A stretch of DNA of 50,549 nucleotides from an uncultured archaeon (GTDB lineage: Archaea; Asgardarchaeota; Thorarchaeia; Thorarchaeales; Thorarchaeaceae): positions 1-50,549 of the forward strand of contig CAZVZC010000011.1 of assembly GCA_964631415.1 (NCBI GenBank), read 5' to 3'. Of the stretch, positions 9,787 through 19,442 are shown piece after piece. The notes below the pieces were generated by a model, which had not been told where the DNA came from, searched no databases, and was given only the letters and a program-made list of their open reading frames with translations. How positions within the stretch are numbered: the stretch's first letter is position 1; the number at the start of each line of letters is the position of its first letter. The position numbers and the translations under genes were made by a program.

Positions 9787-10473
9787 TCATCTGATGGCCA
9801 GAACAACCTCAATCTGCGGTCGCACAGACTTGACAAAGGCATCCACACCACCAGCGACGTCTGATGGGAGAGTTGTCTTCCAGGACGCTTCGGCCTCACG
9901 AGCAGTCGAAGATGTCATCGAACCACACGGAAGGAATCTTGCTTTGAGTGCCTGATCAAAGGCAACGCTGCCGGTCCACCGTCCATCTTTCACTATCTCA
10001 TAAAGCGGCTGGAACTTCCTCATTGCGGCCGGGACTATCGCGTCCCAGTAGAAGGAAACTCCATTGAACTGGCCGGGCTTTCCAACAGACACCAAGTAGC
10101 TGTCCATGATGGCCTTCGCTGAAACAACGTTGTAGAGAATCCCGATGCGGCAGTTCAGGCACTGGTTGAACTCGAGTCCGTCGCCGTTTGGCATGACGCA
10201 GGCGATGCCATTCTTCTCGATGTTTGTGTCGTTACAGTGGACACATTGACTCATTCCCCACCTTACCTCTATGTGATCCTTGAACGGACCATTCAAGAAC
10301 CGAATCGATCCGCTGTCGAAAGCTGCCTTCATGCCTTTCGCTCCGTCTGTGTCCAACCTCCTACGAATGGCAACCCATACCTCGAGTGGGTCGCGCCATA
10401 GGACGTTCAGAATCATGTCTACGAGCTTATCGAGCGGTCTTCCCTCAAGGGCACTCATTGGACTATGCCTCAT
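9787..10473 (-). CDS. Hypothetical protein with a putative Zn ribbon
   Basis: 228-aa ORF containing CVHC...CLNC. Confidence 0.6.
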   Translation of the reverse strand: MRHSPMSALEGRPLDKLVDMILNVLWRDPLEVWVAIRRRLDTDGAKGMKAAFDSGSIRFLNGPFKDHIEVRWGMSQCVHCNDTNIEKNGIACVMPNGDGLEFNQCLNCRIGILYNVVSAKAIMDSYLVSVGKPGQFNGVSFYWDAIVPAAMRKFQPLYEIVKDGRWTGSVAFDQALKARFLPCGSMTSSTAREAEASWKTTLPSDVAGGVDAFVKSVRPQIEVVLAIR

Positions 10474-10621
10474 AACTGGCGATTGTATGGACTCGTCGAT
10501 GGGGTTTGATAATCTCGTAATTAAACCTTAGTTGAATGTCCCAACACGGCGTTTAACAAACTGGCATCCGGAAGAGGGGGCCCATCCAGCAGTCTCTGTG
10601 GGCAAGTCCCACTAGCCTAAG

Positions 10622-10630
10622 CTTTTTAAC
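10622..10630 (+). promoter_or_regulatory. Putative TATA box for the ileS leader
   Basis: CTTTTTAAC immediately upstream of the structured leader. Confidence 0.45.
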
Positions 10631-10644
10631 GGAGCCCGAGGTGT

Positions 10645-10773
10645 CTGGAAGAAGACCCCACGTAGGTGAGCAAAAGGATGGATCACCAAATCATCTAGGA
10701 GCGGCTTCTCTGGCACTAATGAGTGCCAACCGACACTCCGGCGGAGAGCGACCTGCGAGGGGCTTCTTACCAG
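10645..10773 (+). ncRNA. Structured 5' leader of ileS (putative cis-regulatory RNA)
   Basis: A 21-bp interrupted closing stem (10645-10667 with 10751-10773) encloses 3-4 hairpins, including UGGCACU-AAUG-AGUGCCA. Confidence 0.55.
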
Positions 10774-10809
10774 TTTGTGTACAGATTATCACCACAAGAG
10801 GACACCAAA

Positions 10810-13800
10810 ATGAGCCCCCTGCCGAAGCGCTACGATCCACAGACCCTCGAGCCCGAGATACTGGACTTCTGGAAGAGGGGTGATGTGCAGAACAGGACCG
10901 TGAAGCTAAGAAGCTCAGGGCCTCCATGGAACTTCTTGGAGGGACCGCCCACGACCAACGGCTTCATGCATGTAGGCCATGGGAGGGGAAGGGCCATGAA
11001 AGACGCGGAGATCCGGTACATGACCATGAAGGGGTTCAATGTCTGGAGGAGAGGAGGGTGGGACATGCAGGGTCTCCCTGTCGAGCTAGAGGTGGAACGC
11101 AAGGAGGGCATAGCCGAGAAGCGGCAGATTGAAACGACGATAGGCCTAGATCTCTTCGTCAAGAAATGCAAGGAGTTGGTCGACTACTACCTCGAGAGTT
11201 GGGTCAATGACTCCAAACGTCTTGGATTGTGGCTTGATTATGAGTCCGCATACCAGACCCGGACTGACGACTATATAGAGCATGTCTGGCACTTCCTCAA
11301 GCTGGCAAGCGAGAAGAAGCTGCTGGGACGCGGCTACAGGGTCAACCCCACCTGCCCGAGATGCGTGACTGCTCTTTCTGGACATGAGGTGTCACAGGGG
11401 TACAAGACCAAGGTTGACCCATCAATCTACGTCAAGTTCAAGCTCACAGACAGACGGAATGAGTACCTGGTGATATGGACAACAACGCCGTTCACGCTGC
11501 TTTCTAACGAGATGGTTTCGGTTCATCCTGACTTCACTTACGTCAAGGTCCAAGTGGGTGACGAGTTCTGGTGGCTTGTCGAGAACCTCGTGGAAACGGT
11601 GATGCGGAAGGCTCAGAAGACATCATATCAGGAAGTCGAGTCGCTCAAGGGCAGTGAGATGCTTGGGTGGAAGTATGAGCACCCGTTCAAGGATGAGGTC
11701 AAGTGGCATCAGGATCACACTGAGAAGTTCATGCATGCCGTCGTCACAGGAACTCACGTGACTGTTGAGGACGGTACAGGCCTGGTTCACACAGCACCCG
11801 GTTTTGGACCAGATGACTTCGAGGTGGGCCGGAAGTATGAGGTGCCTGTCTTCTGCCCGGTCACACCCTCAGGGCTCTTCACGAAAGAGGTCCCGATATT
11901 TGAAGGCCAATTCGTCTTCGATACCAACTCACTTGTGCCCAAGATGCTGAAAGAGAAGGGTCGCCTCATTCTCGAGGAAACCGTAGAACACGAATACCCT
12001 CACTGCTGGAGATGCGACACACCGCTGGTGTATCTTGCTGACAAGACACAGTGGTTCCTCAAGATGATAGGTGTTCGTGAGAGGCTTGTTGAAGAGAATA
12101 GCAGAGTGGAATGGACGCCGGAATGGGCCGGCACCGGACGGTTCGGAGACTGGGTGGCGAATGCAGACGACTGGTGCATATCACGTTCAAGAGTCTGGGG
12201 CTCGCCCCTTCCTGTTTGGGTCTGTGACAACTGTAAGGCCGAAGTTGTCATAGGATCGCGCAGTGAACTGAAACAGCGCGCGGTCGAGTTCCCGAAGGAC
12301 TTCGAGATGCACAGACCTTGGGTGGACAGGGTCGTCCTGAAGTGCGAGAAGTGTGGCGGCAAGATGCATCGCGAGCCATTCGTTACGGACTGTTGGCTGG
12401 ACTCAGGGATGGCACATACAGCGAGCGTGGGTTACCTCAGGGACCAAGAGCTGTTCAAGCGGCTGTTTCCCTATGACTTCATAACAGAGGCAGTGGACCA
12501 GTCGCGAGGCTGGTTCTATAGCCTACTTTACACCTCGGTCGTTATGCATGGGACAGCACCATTCAAGGCATGTGTCAGCCAAGGCCATGTCTTGGATGAG
12601 GACGGAGGGAAGATGAGCAAATCCAGGGGCAATGTAGTGTGGATGAAGGATGCCCTTCGAGATGTTGGGGCGGATCTATTCAGGCTTTACATGCTTAGCA
12701 AGTCGGCTCCGTGGTCAGCGACCAATTACTGTCCAAAGGAGATAGAGTTCACAAAGAAGCGGCTGGACGTTCTGTGGAATGTGTTTCTTTTCACGGAAAC
12801 ATACATGGAATTGGACAGATACAGGTTCAACCGAGAGAGATTCGTGAGCAGTGTGGGAACCTCTGATCTGGAAGACAGGTGGCTCGTGTCGCGCGTGCAG
12901 AATGTTCTGAAGGAATTCCATACGAACATGAAGCAGTATCTGTACCATTTGGCCGCGAGGGCACTGTTGGACTTCGTCACTGAGGACTTGAGTAGAGTGT
13001 ACCTCCCTTTGGTGAAGAAGAGGGTATGGTTGGAAAGCGATGATCCGAAGAAGGTCATAGCCTACGACACGATGTTCTACGCTCTTGACGTCGTGATGAG
13101 ATGCCTCAATGTGTTCACTCCGTTTCTCGCAGAGAAGCTGCATAAGGACTTCTTCACTAGCTTCTGCGAAGGGCTACCTGAGTCTATCAATCTCACAGAC
13201 ATGCCAGAACCTGATGACACTCTCGTCGAACCAGACATAGAAGCGACCTTCGACGTCCTGCAGGAACTGCGAAGTGCCTGCTCTTACGCCCGGAACAAGA
13301 AGGGCGTCAAGCTAAGACACCCCGTAAGTCGGGTCATCGTGTTACCTACCAGTCCAGAGATAGCAAAACGGGTCGAGAGCTTGAAAGCACTCCTGAGCGG
13401 CGATCTGAACACGAGAGACCTCGAAGTGCTCCCGTCAGGCTCCGTACCAGACTTCACACGACTCGTTGTCAAGCCCAACTACAGGACATTGGGACCCAAG
13501 TTCAAGGCGATGATGACAGGGCTGATGGCGGTCCTCGAAACTGCCGACCTGACAAAGCTGAGAGCGGACCTTCAGAAGGGTCAGGCTGTCCTCACTGTAG
13601 ATGGCAAGGACCTGACACTTGCACCTGAAGACCTAGACTTCGAGGAAAGCATGCCCGATCACCTGAGCTTTGCTGATAGCAAGATAGGCAGGGTCTACGT
13701 CGACACAACCCGAACTAGGGAGCTAGAGGCAGAAGGACTCGTAAGGGACGTGACCCGTCGAGTGCAAGTTATGAGGAAGGAGATGGACCTCAATGTCGAA

Positions 13801-14088
13801 CAGAGGATACGGCTCGCCATAATGTTCTCTGACAAGGAGTCAGTTGAGCTGGCACAGATGTTCTCCGACTATCTTGCCACAGAAACTAGAGCCGCCAAGA
13901 TGCAGCTTGTGGGGCCACTAGCCAGACCCGGCTGGAAGCAGTTCGCCTATGTGAAGGAATGGGAGTTGGAGGATCTGAAGCTCAAGGTCGGGATGAGCCC
14001 CGAGCCGCAGGCCCCGAAGGCGGCCCCTCGGAAGAGAGCACGTCCAGCAGAGTCTGGAAGAAAGCGGCGTTCTGCTCAATCGAAGTGA
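10810..14088 (+). CDS. ileS: Isoleucyl-tRNA synthetase (archaeal/eukaryote type)
   Basis: EGPPTTNG, HVGH, GWDMQGLP, WTTTP, GTGLVH, DWCISR, EAVDQSRGWFYSL and KMSKS. ATG at 10810. Confidence 0.97.
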   Translation: MSPLPKRYDPQTLEPEILDFWKRGDVQNRTVKLRSSGPPWNFLEGPPTTNGFMHVGHGRGRAMKDAEIRYMTMKGFNVWRRGGWDMQGLPVELEVERKEGIAEKRQIETTIGLDLFVKKCKELVDYYLESWVNDSKRLGLWLDYESAYQTRTDDYIEHVWHFLKLASEKKLLGRGYRVNPTCPRCVTALSGHEVSQGYKTKVDPSIYVKFKLTDRRNEYLVIWTTTPFTLLSNEMVSVHPDFTYVKVQVGDEFWWLVENLVETVMRKAQKTSYQEVESLKGSEMLGWKYEHPFKDEVKWHQDHTEKFMHAVVTGTHVTVEDGTGLVHTAPGFGPDDFEVGRKYEVPVFCPVTPSGLFTKEVPIFEGQFVFDTNSLVPKMLKEKGRLILEETVEHEYPHCWRCDTPLVYLADKTQWFLKMIGVRERLVEENSRVEWTPEWAGTGRFGDWVANADDWCISRSRVWGSPLPVWVCDNCKAEVVIGSRSELKQRAVEFPKDFEMHRPWVDRVVLKCEKCGGKMHREPFVTDCWLDSGMAHTASVGYLRDQELFKRLFPYDFITEAVDQSRGWFYSLLYTSVVMHGTAPFKACVSQGHVLDEDGGKMSKSRGNVVWMKDALRDVGADLFRLYMLSKSAPWSATNYCPKEIEFTKKRLDVLWNVFLFTETYMELDRYRFNRERFVSSVGTSDLEDRWLVSRVQNVLKEFHTNMKQYLYHLAARALLDFVTEDLSRVYLPLVKKRVWLESDDPKKVIAYDTMFYALDVVMRCLNVFTPFLAEKLHKDFFTSFCEGLPESINLTDMPEPDDTLVEPDIEATFDVLQELRSACSYARNKKGVKLRHPVSRVIVLPTSPEIAKRVESLKALLSGDLNTRDLEVLPSGSVPDFTRLVVKPNYRTLGPKFKAMMTGLMAVLETADLTKLRADLQKGQAVLTVDGKDLTLAPEDLDFEESMPDHLSFADSKIGRVYVDTTRTRELEAEGLVRDVTRRVQVMRKEMDLNVEQRIRLAIMFSDKESVELAQMFSDYLATETRAAKMQLVGPLARPGWKQFAYVKEWELEDLKLKVGMSPEPQAPKAAPRKRARPAESGRKRRSAQSK

Positions 14089-15346
14089 GTGAAACCCACT
14101 CGTTGGGTCCGTGCACATTGTCGCCACGTGGGCCGAAATCGAACACCTGGACTCGAGGATCAATGAAGTATCGTGAGTCTGATGCGCCGTAGCCCTCCCC
14201 CACTGAGTAGTCGATTCCCTCCTTTCGAAGTGCCCAGATAGCAGAACGAATCAGCTTTGAGTCTAGGCTGGAGTCTACATAGCCGCTACCGGACTCCACT
14301 TGGATGGAGTAGAGCTCCACCTTTCCTTGGAGTGCGGTCTCAAACCCATTCTGTACAGCATCGCGGTCATTTGTCATGGCTCTCACATCACAGTAGAGCG
14401 TCCAGAGGTTGTTCTCAAGTGACAATAGGTTCGGCGATACGAATGTGCCCAAGTCCGAATGCTTTGTTGGAAACGAAGCGTGCGCTAACGTGAGCAATGA
14501 CCTCAGGAGGGATGTCAGCGCATGATCGCATTCGGCCTCCTCGCCAGGTTCGTTAGTATGCACAACGTCAAGCTCCACCCACTGTGGAATCACATTGGAC
14601 TTCACAAACGCGCCTCGAAGCCCTGACACTAGTGCACGCTTATGCATATCGAGGTATTTCGAGGCTGCGAGCATAGCATGACAATCAACCCCGGGCCGGA
14701 AGTATGCAGAATGACGCGTTTCTGTCCCGAGGGTTTCTGTTACGAATCGGACCGTTTCGCGCCGTCCTTTCACTCGAGAAGTGGCTCGTTTGACCTTTAT
14801 GCTGGTGGGTAGGATATTTCGTCTTCTGTGGATTACCATCTGATTGATCCCGTCCGCAACAACCACATAGTTGGGGAACAGGCCTTGCTTCGTCAAGAAC
14901 TGCTTGAGATGTCCTGCGCCTTTCTCGCCACCAATCTCCTCATCGCCCGTCGCTGCAAGCATGATTGTGAAAGGAGGATCGGTCGTGCTGAGCTTCTCTG
15001 CGAGCAACATGAGTGAAACTATGTTGCCCTTATCATCACAGGATCCTCTGCAGATTGCTTTGTCACCCTCCTCGACCAGTCTGAATGGATCGCTTCTCCA
15101 TCCCTCCCCAACAGGCACTACGTCATAGTGTGCTAGAAAGAGCACCTTGAACTTCCCTTGTCCCCGGCGAGCAAAACAAGTCCATATGCCGTCTGACTCA
15201 AGCAACTCAGTGATGAAACCGAACCGCTCAAGTGTTGCGTTAATGTGACGCGGGCATTCTTGAGAGGGATGTCTGCCAGCCTTGGCATCGCTTACAGTAT
15301 CAAACGAAACCAGCTTCTGTAGCTCTTGACGCACGTCTATTGTCAT
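13982..15346 (-). CDS. M20 family metallopeptidase/desuccinylase (ArgE/DapE-like)
   Basis: AHYDVVP, RGSCDDKG, DEEIG and HGPNE. Overlaps the ileS 3' end convergently. Confidence 0.85.
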   Translation of the reverse strand: MTIDVRQELQKLVSFDTVSDAKAGRHPSQECPRHINATLERFGFITELLESDGIWTCFARRGQGKFKVLFLAHYDVVPVGEGWRSDPFRLVEEGDKAICRGSCDDKGNIVSLMLLAEKLSTTDPPFTIMLAATGDEEIGGEKGAGHLKQFLTKQGLFPNYVVVADGINQMVIHRRRNILPTSIKVKRATSRVKGRRETVRFVTETLGTETRHSAYFRPGVDCHAMLAASKYLDMHKRALVSGLRGAFVKSNVIPQWVELDVVHTNEPGEEAECDHALTSLLRSLLTLAHASFPTKHSDLGTFVSPNLLSLENNLWTLYCDVRAMTNDRDAVQNGFETALQGKVELYSIQVESGSGYVDSSLDSKLIRSAIWALRKEGIDYSVGEGYGASDSRYFIDPRVQVFDFGPRGDNVHGPNEWVSLTSIEQNAAFFQTLLDVLSSEGPPSGPAARGSSRP

Positions 15347-15446
15347 TGCGATTCGAGGCTGACTTGGAGTGGGCAGGTCAAAAACGTATGCCAGCCGTTC
15401 AACTAGCAGGCTAGAACGTCTACAGTATCTGCGGAAACGGGTATTG

Positions 15447-15490
15447 AAAAAAGGAGAAACCCGGGTGACGCCCGTTCGAGTATCACCCGG
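15447..15490 (-). terminator. Hairpin plus U-tract terminator of the EF-2 gene
   Basis: CCGGGTGA/TCACCCGG stem (15461-15490) followed on the minus strand by TTTCTCCTTTTTT. Confidence 0.65.
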
Positions 15491-15499
15491 ACTGCATCT

Positions 15500-17713
15500 C
15501 TATGTTCTCTTGTAGACCCACCTGGCCCAAGATGAAAGGCTTGGCATCTCTTGGGGCATGTTCTTCCTCTTTCGAATCTCAAGAATCCTGGTCTGTTGCA
15601 GGCTTGTCGGTAGAGGATCGAACCCCTTGAACTGGTACCCGAAGAAGCTGCGTCCAGAGGTCGCTCCTCGAAACTCATCTGCAATGTCTATCGTCTCGGC
15701 AGTGGGGAGTGCGCCCTTGACGGTGACTGTGTCTTCCTCTGCCTCCATGGTCAGAATCTGACCTCTGTGAGCAGTCAGCACTTTGATCACAGCGCCCTGC
15801 GTGTCCGTTGGTGTCTTGATATCGACTTCAAGCACCGGCTCGTACATTGCAGGATTTCCGGTCAGGAAGCTCATGTTGAGACCGGCAGATGTCATGGTGG
15901 CCACTTCACTGTAGCCCGTGTGCGCGGGGTCGTTGTGGATTGTCGCATCAGTCAGCACGGCCTTGACACCCATGACAGGCTCATGCGCGATAGGACCGGA
16001 GTCACAGAACTCTCTGAAGACCGTCTGTACATAGGGCAGAATCCTGTCAAACCTCTGCACACCAGCCATGGCGTCGACCAACATGCACGACTCATATATG
16101 TCGAGTATCTTCTTGGCCTCCTTGGGGTCCCAGCCTGCCCCCTCGCGTAACAGTGCGGCTCGCTCCCTTGAATCTTGGTCCGCAGTGACCTTCTTCTTAC
16201 GGATGAGGTCGAGGGTCTTCTCGTCCAGAGGCTCGAGGTACACCCTCAGACGGTTGTGACCGTTGGGAGACTTCGTATGGAACTGATCACCGCGCTGAGT
16301 CATCTTCTCTCGGTACACTATGACAGGGTCGGATATCTTGATCGTGACCTGCTCGTTGATTCGTCCTGTGAGAATCTCAATCTGTAGAGGGTCAATACCG
16401 TCCAATCTGTATTCATTGGATTCCTTGTCAAGGTGGAACCTAGCTGTTGGATCAGCCATGATCCACATGCTCACAACTTCTCCAAGCTTGGCAATGTCCT
16501 GCGGGTCGACTGGCTTGATAGTACGGCTCACAACAGGTTCACTCGCGTACTCAATCGCCTCAAACGGCTGTATGTCAGTACCAGCCTCGACAAACGACTC
16601 TCCAGCAGGGCACATGAAACCGAAGACCGAGAACAGGTTTCCGGCAGGAATCTCATCCATATCCAGCATCTCTGTGATCTCTTGGACACCCAGCCGCTTG
16701 ACCCTCACACTCTCGTGTCGGTTCACTAGCCTAATCTCCTCACCTGCCTTGAGTGTGCCAGAGAACACACGCCCGATCAGCGTGGGTCTCTTGCTCTTAG
16801 GGTCAACATAGATCTTAGTGATCATACCCACCACTGGACCGCTGGGGTCACAGTTCACAAGCGCCTTGCCTTGAGGGCTATCAAGATCTCCCTTCCAGAT
16901 TCTCGGTATCTTGTATAGCTGAGCTTCCTTAGGGCTCGGTAAATGCTTGACAATCATCTCGAGTAGGGCATCATCGAGTGGCAGGTTTTGACGAAGCCAC
17001 TTTTCTTCTCCCTGAGCGTACTTCTCAAAGACGACAATCGGCTTGATCCCTTTCTTCTGCAGAGTTCTCATGGTGAAGGCCCAGCCAGTCTTGGCGCTCC
17101 CGATGGCGACATTGCCCTGCTCGAAACTGACTCTCCAGTCCTTGCCGAACTGAGCAGGAGCCACCTTCATGATGAGTTCGTTGACCTTGGCAACGATTAT
17201 GTCGATGCGCTCGTAGACCTTCTTTGGCGGCAGCTTGAGCTCGTTAATCAGACGGTCGACCTTGTTCACAAATAGTACTGGTCTGCATGCCTCACCACCC
17301 ACGGACAGGCGGATGTTGGTCTCAGTCTGAGTGCGAACGCCTTCCAAGGCGTCCACGAGAATCACCACCCCATCACTAGCACGGAGCGCCCTTGAAACCT
17401 CACCTGTGAAGGATAGGTGACCTGGCGTGTCCGAGAGCTGGATCAGGTACTCTTCTCCATCTATCTCACAGTTCAGCAGCACCACGGACGTGAAGATTGT
17501 GATGCCACGCTTCTGCTCCTCCCAATCGCTCGACATCATCAGCACTTGGCCTGCGGCCGCATCACTCATGAGTCCTGCAGAACGAAGCAGAAAGTCTGAA
17601 GTTGTTGTCTTACCATGGTCGATGTGGGCGCTGATAGATATGATTCTCTTGTGCGCGTAGTCATTCGACTTTATTAGTGCCCTAACTGCTTCTGGGTCTT
17701 TGATCTTGACCAT
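15500..17713 (-). CDS. Elongation factor 2 family GTPase, probably the divergent paralog aEF-2p
   Basis: AHIDHGKTT, RGITI, DTPGH, NKVD and KSPNGHNR. The diphthamide loop reads HNDPAHTG. No rps12/rps7 neighbours. Confidence 0.85.
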   Translation of the reverse strand: MVKIKDPEAVRALIKSNDYAHKRIISISAHIDHGKTTTSDFLLRSAGLMSDAAAGQVLMMSSDWEEQKRGITIFTSVVLLNCEIDGEEYLIQLSDTPGHLSFTGEVSRALRASDGVVILVDALEGVRTQTETNIRLSVGGEACRPVLFVNKVDRLINELKLPPKKVYERIDIIVAKVNELIMKVAPAQFGKDWRVSFEQGNVAIGSAKTGWAFTMRTLQKKGIKPIVVFEKYAQGEEKWLRQNLPLDDALLEMIVKHLPSPKEAQLYKIPRIWKGDLDSPQGKALVNCDPSGPVVGMITKIYVDPKSKRPTLIGRVFSGTLKAGEEIRLVNRHESVRVKRLGVQEITEMLDMDEIPAGNLFSVFGFMCPAGESFVEAGTDIQPFEAIEYASEPVVSRTIKPVDPQDIAKLGEVVSMWIMADPTARFHLDKESNEYRLDGIDPLQIEILTGRINEQVTIKISDPVIVYREKMTQRGDQFHTKSPNGHNRLRVYLEPLDEKTLDLIRKKKVTADQDSRERAALLREGAGWDPKEAKKILDIYESCMLVDAMAGVQRFDRILPYVQTVFREFCDSGPIAHEPVMGVKAVLTDATIHNDPAHTGYSEVATMTSAGLNMSFLTGNPAMYEPVLEVDIKTPTDTQGAVIKVLTAHRGQILTMEAEEDTVTVKGALPTAETIDIADEFRGATSGRSFFGYQFKGFDPLPTSLQQTRILEIRKRKNMPQEMPSLSSWARWVYKRT

Positions 17714-17851
17714 TCAATTCACGCTCTGGAAACAGCCCGCCCCGAACCCACTCATACCAATTGAGAGAATTAGGTCGGGTCCCCGATAACACTATCGGTG
17801 GCTTTGGCGAAATCGTTCCGCTGGTCATAAAAGGATATCGACTTGTCAGTG

Positions 17852-18652
17852 TCATCGCGACGCCACGACAACCATCCTGTCTGACTTCGCAGTGTAGGGC
17901 ATCCGGGGGAGGTTGTTCTCACCATACAGGTCTACCTTGGTGAACCCGACACCCTCAAGCAGTGATTGAATCTCAGGTGCTGTGTACATCCGAATGTCTT
18001 TGTTTGATAGAGCGTCCTCATTCGCGAGCATAACCACTCCTGAGTCCAAGTCAATGAACGTGGCAGGCCGACCCCTCAAGACGCCTGCAGGAGCATCAAA
18101 CACATGGGGTTCGCTCAGAAGATAGCCACCCTCGAGCTTGGTCCAGGTCTTCTGAAACACTGGGATGTTGTAGGGGTTCATGAGATCAAGTAGAAGAAAG
18201 CCTCCATCAAGAAGTGCCTCGTATACCTGTCTAAGCACACGCTTGTTCTCCTCGTGGTCGAAGAAACCAAAACTGTGACTGAGCAGCACGGAAGCATTGA
18301 ACCTCTGCTTGAAGCTCATGTCCCTCATGTCACCTTGGTAGAAGTTGACCTTGACACCTTCAGCCTTCGCTCGCTCCTGAGCGATTCTGATGAGGCTCTT
18401 TGCCAAGTCGAACCCTGTGACCTTCATGCCGTGCTTTGCGAACTCTATACTCTGGTCACCTGCACCACATGCGATGTCCAGAAGCTGCGACCCTGTATGG
18501 AGATGTAGGACTTCGATGCAGAACTCGACGACCATCTTGTCATACTGCTCGATGCCCTGTAGTGAACAGCGGTGCTTCACGCGGAACACCTCAGCCCAGA
18601 AATCGTCCCAGCCGCGCTCGACGTGTTCCACCGTTCGCACTTCCGACAACAC
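17852..18652 (-). CDS. Class I SAM-dependent methyltransferase
   Basis: LLDIACGAG, GDMRDM and SFGFF motifs. Confidence 0.9.
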   Translation of the reverse strand: MLSEVRTVEHVERGWDDFWAEVFRVKHRCSLQGIEQYDKMVVEFCIEVLHLHTGSQLLDIACGAGDQSIEFAKHGMKVTGFDLAKSLIRIAQERAKAEGVKVNFYQGDMRDMSFKQRFNASVLLSHSFGFFDHEENKRVLRQVYEALLDGGFLLLDLMNPYNIPVFQKTWTKLEGGYLLSEPHVFDAPAGVLRGRPATFIDLDSGVVMLANEDALSNKDIRMYTAPEIQSLLEGVGFTKVDLYGENNLPRMPYTAKSDRMVVVASR

Positions 18653-19144
18653 TCATCTGGTGGGGGCGATATGAAGCTTGTCATCTCTGGACAATAGTAT
18701 CTGCCCTCAACCTCCGGAGGGCTACTCGTACATGGCCTATCAGAATTCACTTAGCCAATCCAGAGAGATGCAGCTCCGCACTCGTCTGAGTAGCGTTTGG
18801 AAGACACAAAGAGGTGGAGGAGACCCGCAACCTGTTGTTCTTCGCCGGGAGGGACGCAGAATCATGCAACAGGACGCTCGATCAAATGAGTAAGAGTCTG
18901 CGGGTCTTGCCTCTCCAAGTCCAAATCCGCTCGACTGCCTATAAACATATAGTTTTTGGATAGGCTGTAGATAAAACGCGCGGACTTCGCCAAAAACACT
19001 TTAGTTGGTCTTTTTATCGTAATATCGAGTACAACGCTCGTTTTCTCGGGCAAAAACGCCAATCCTAGAGTGAACAATGACCAAACAGCCCGTGAGGGTG
19101 AACAAAATCTCTGCATACGACAGGTTGCATCAACGAAGAGAGGA

Positions 19145-19250
19145 TGGTAGCCCCGTCAGGATACTCTCAATGTCGGGAAGGCCGACAATGCTTCGAACCT
19201 GAGTCGGAGGATCCAGAGTCCCTCATGCTGGACCACTACACCACGGGGCT
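19145..19250 (-). tRNA. trnQ: tRNA-Gln(CUG) with a 30-nt intron at position 59/60 and encoded CCA
   Basis: Minus strand reads AGCCCCG...GGA-CT-CTG-GA-TCC...TCAGG-TTCGAA-[intron 19191-19162]-T-CCTGA-CGGGGCT-A-CCA. Anticodon at 19214-19216. Confidence 0.92.
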
Positions 19251-19442
19251 ATGACCCGAGTTTGGGCAGTGCCCTAGTCGGGGGTCAGTCGAGCGGCTCG
19301 TCTAGTACTTCTAATTAGGGTTTCGGTAATGATTGGACCAAGATACGAGGAATAGCAATGCTCTCAGTCAGGCTGTTGCTCTCTGCCTCCCATTTCCAGA
19401 TAGTTAATTAGGGCTTCAAGCAAGAACAAGGCCGACCGACAA

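Noticed and set aside
10645-10809. T-box riboswitch or hammerhead ribozyme upstream of ileS
   Set aside because: No GGUGGNACC T-box bulge, no terminator U-tract, and no CUGAUGA...GAAA core.
18678-19116. Short ORFs between the methyltransferase and the tRNA
   Set aside because: No RBS or recognisable motif; composition is not protein-like.
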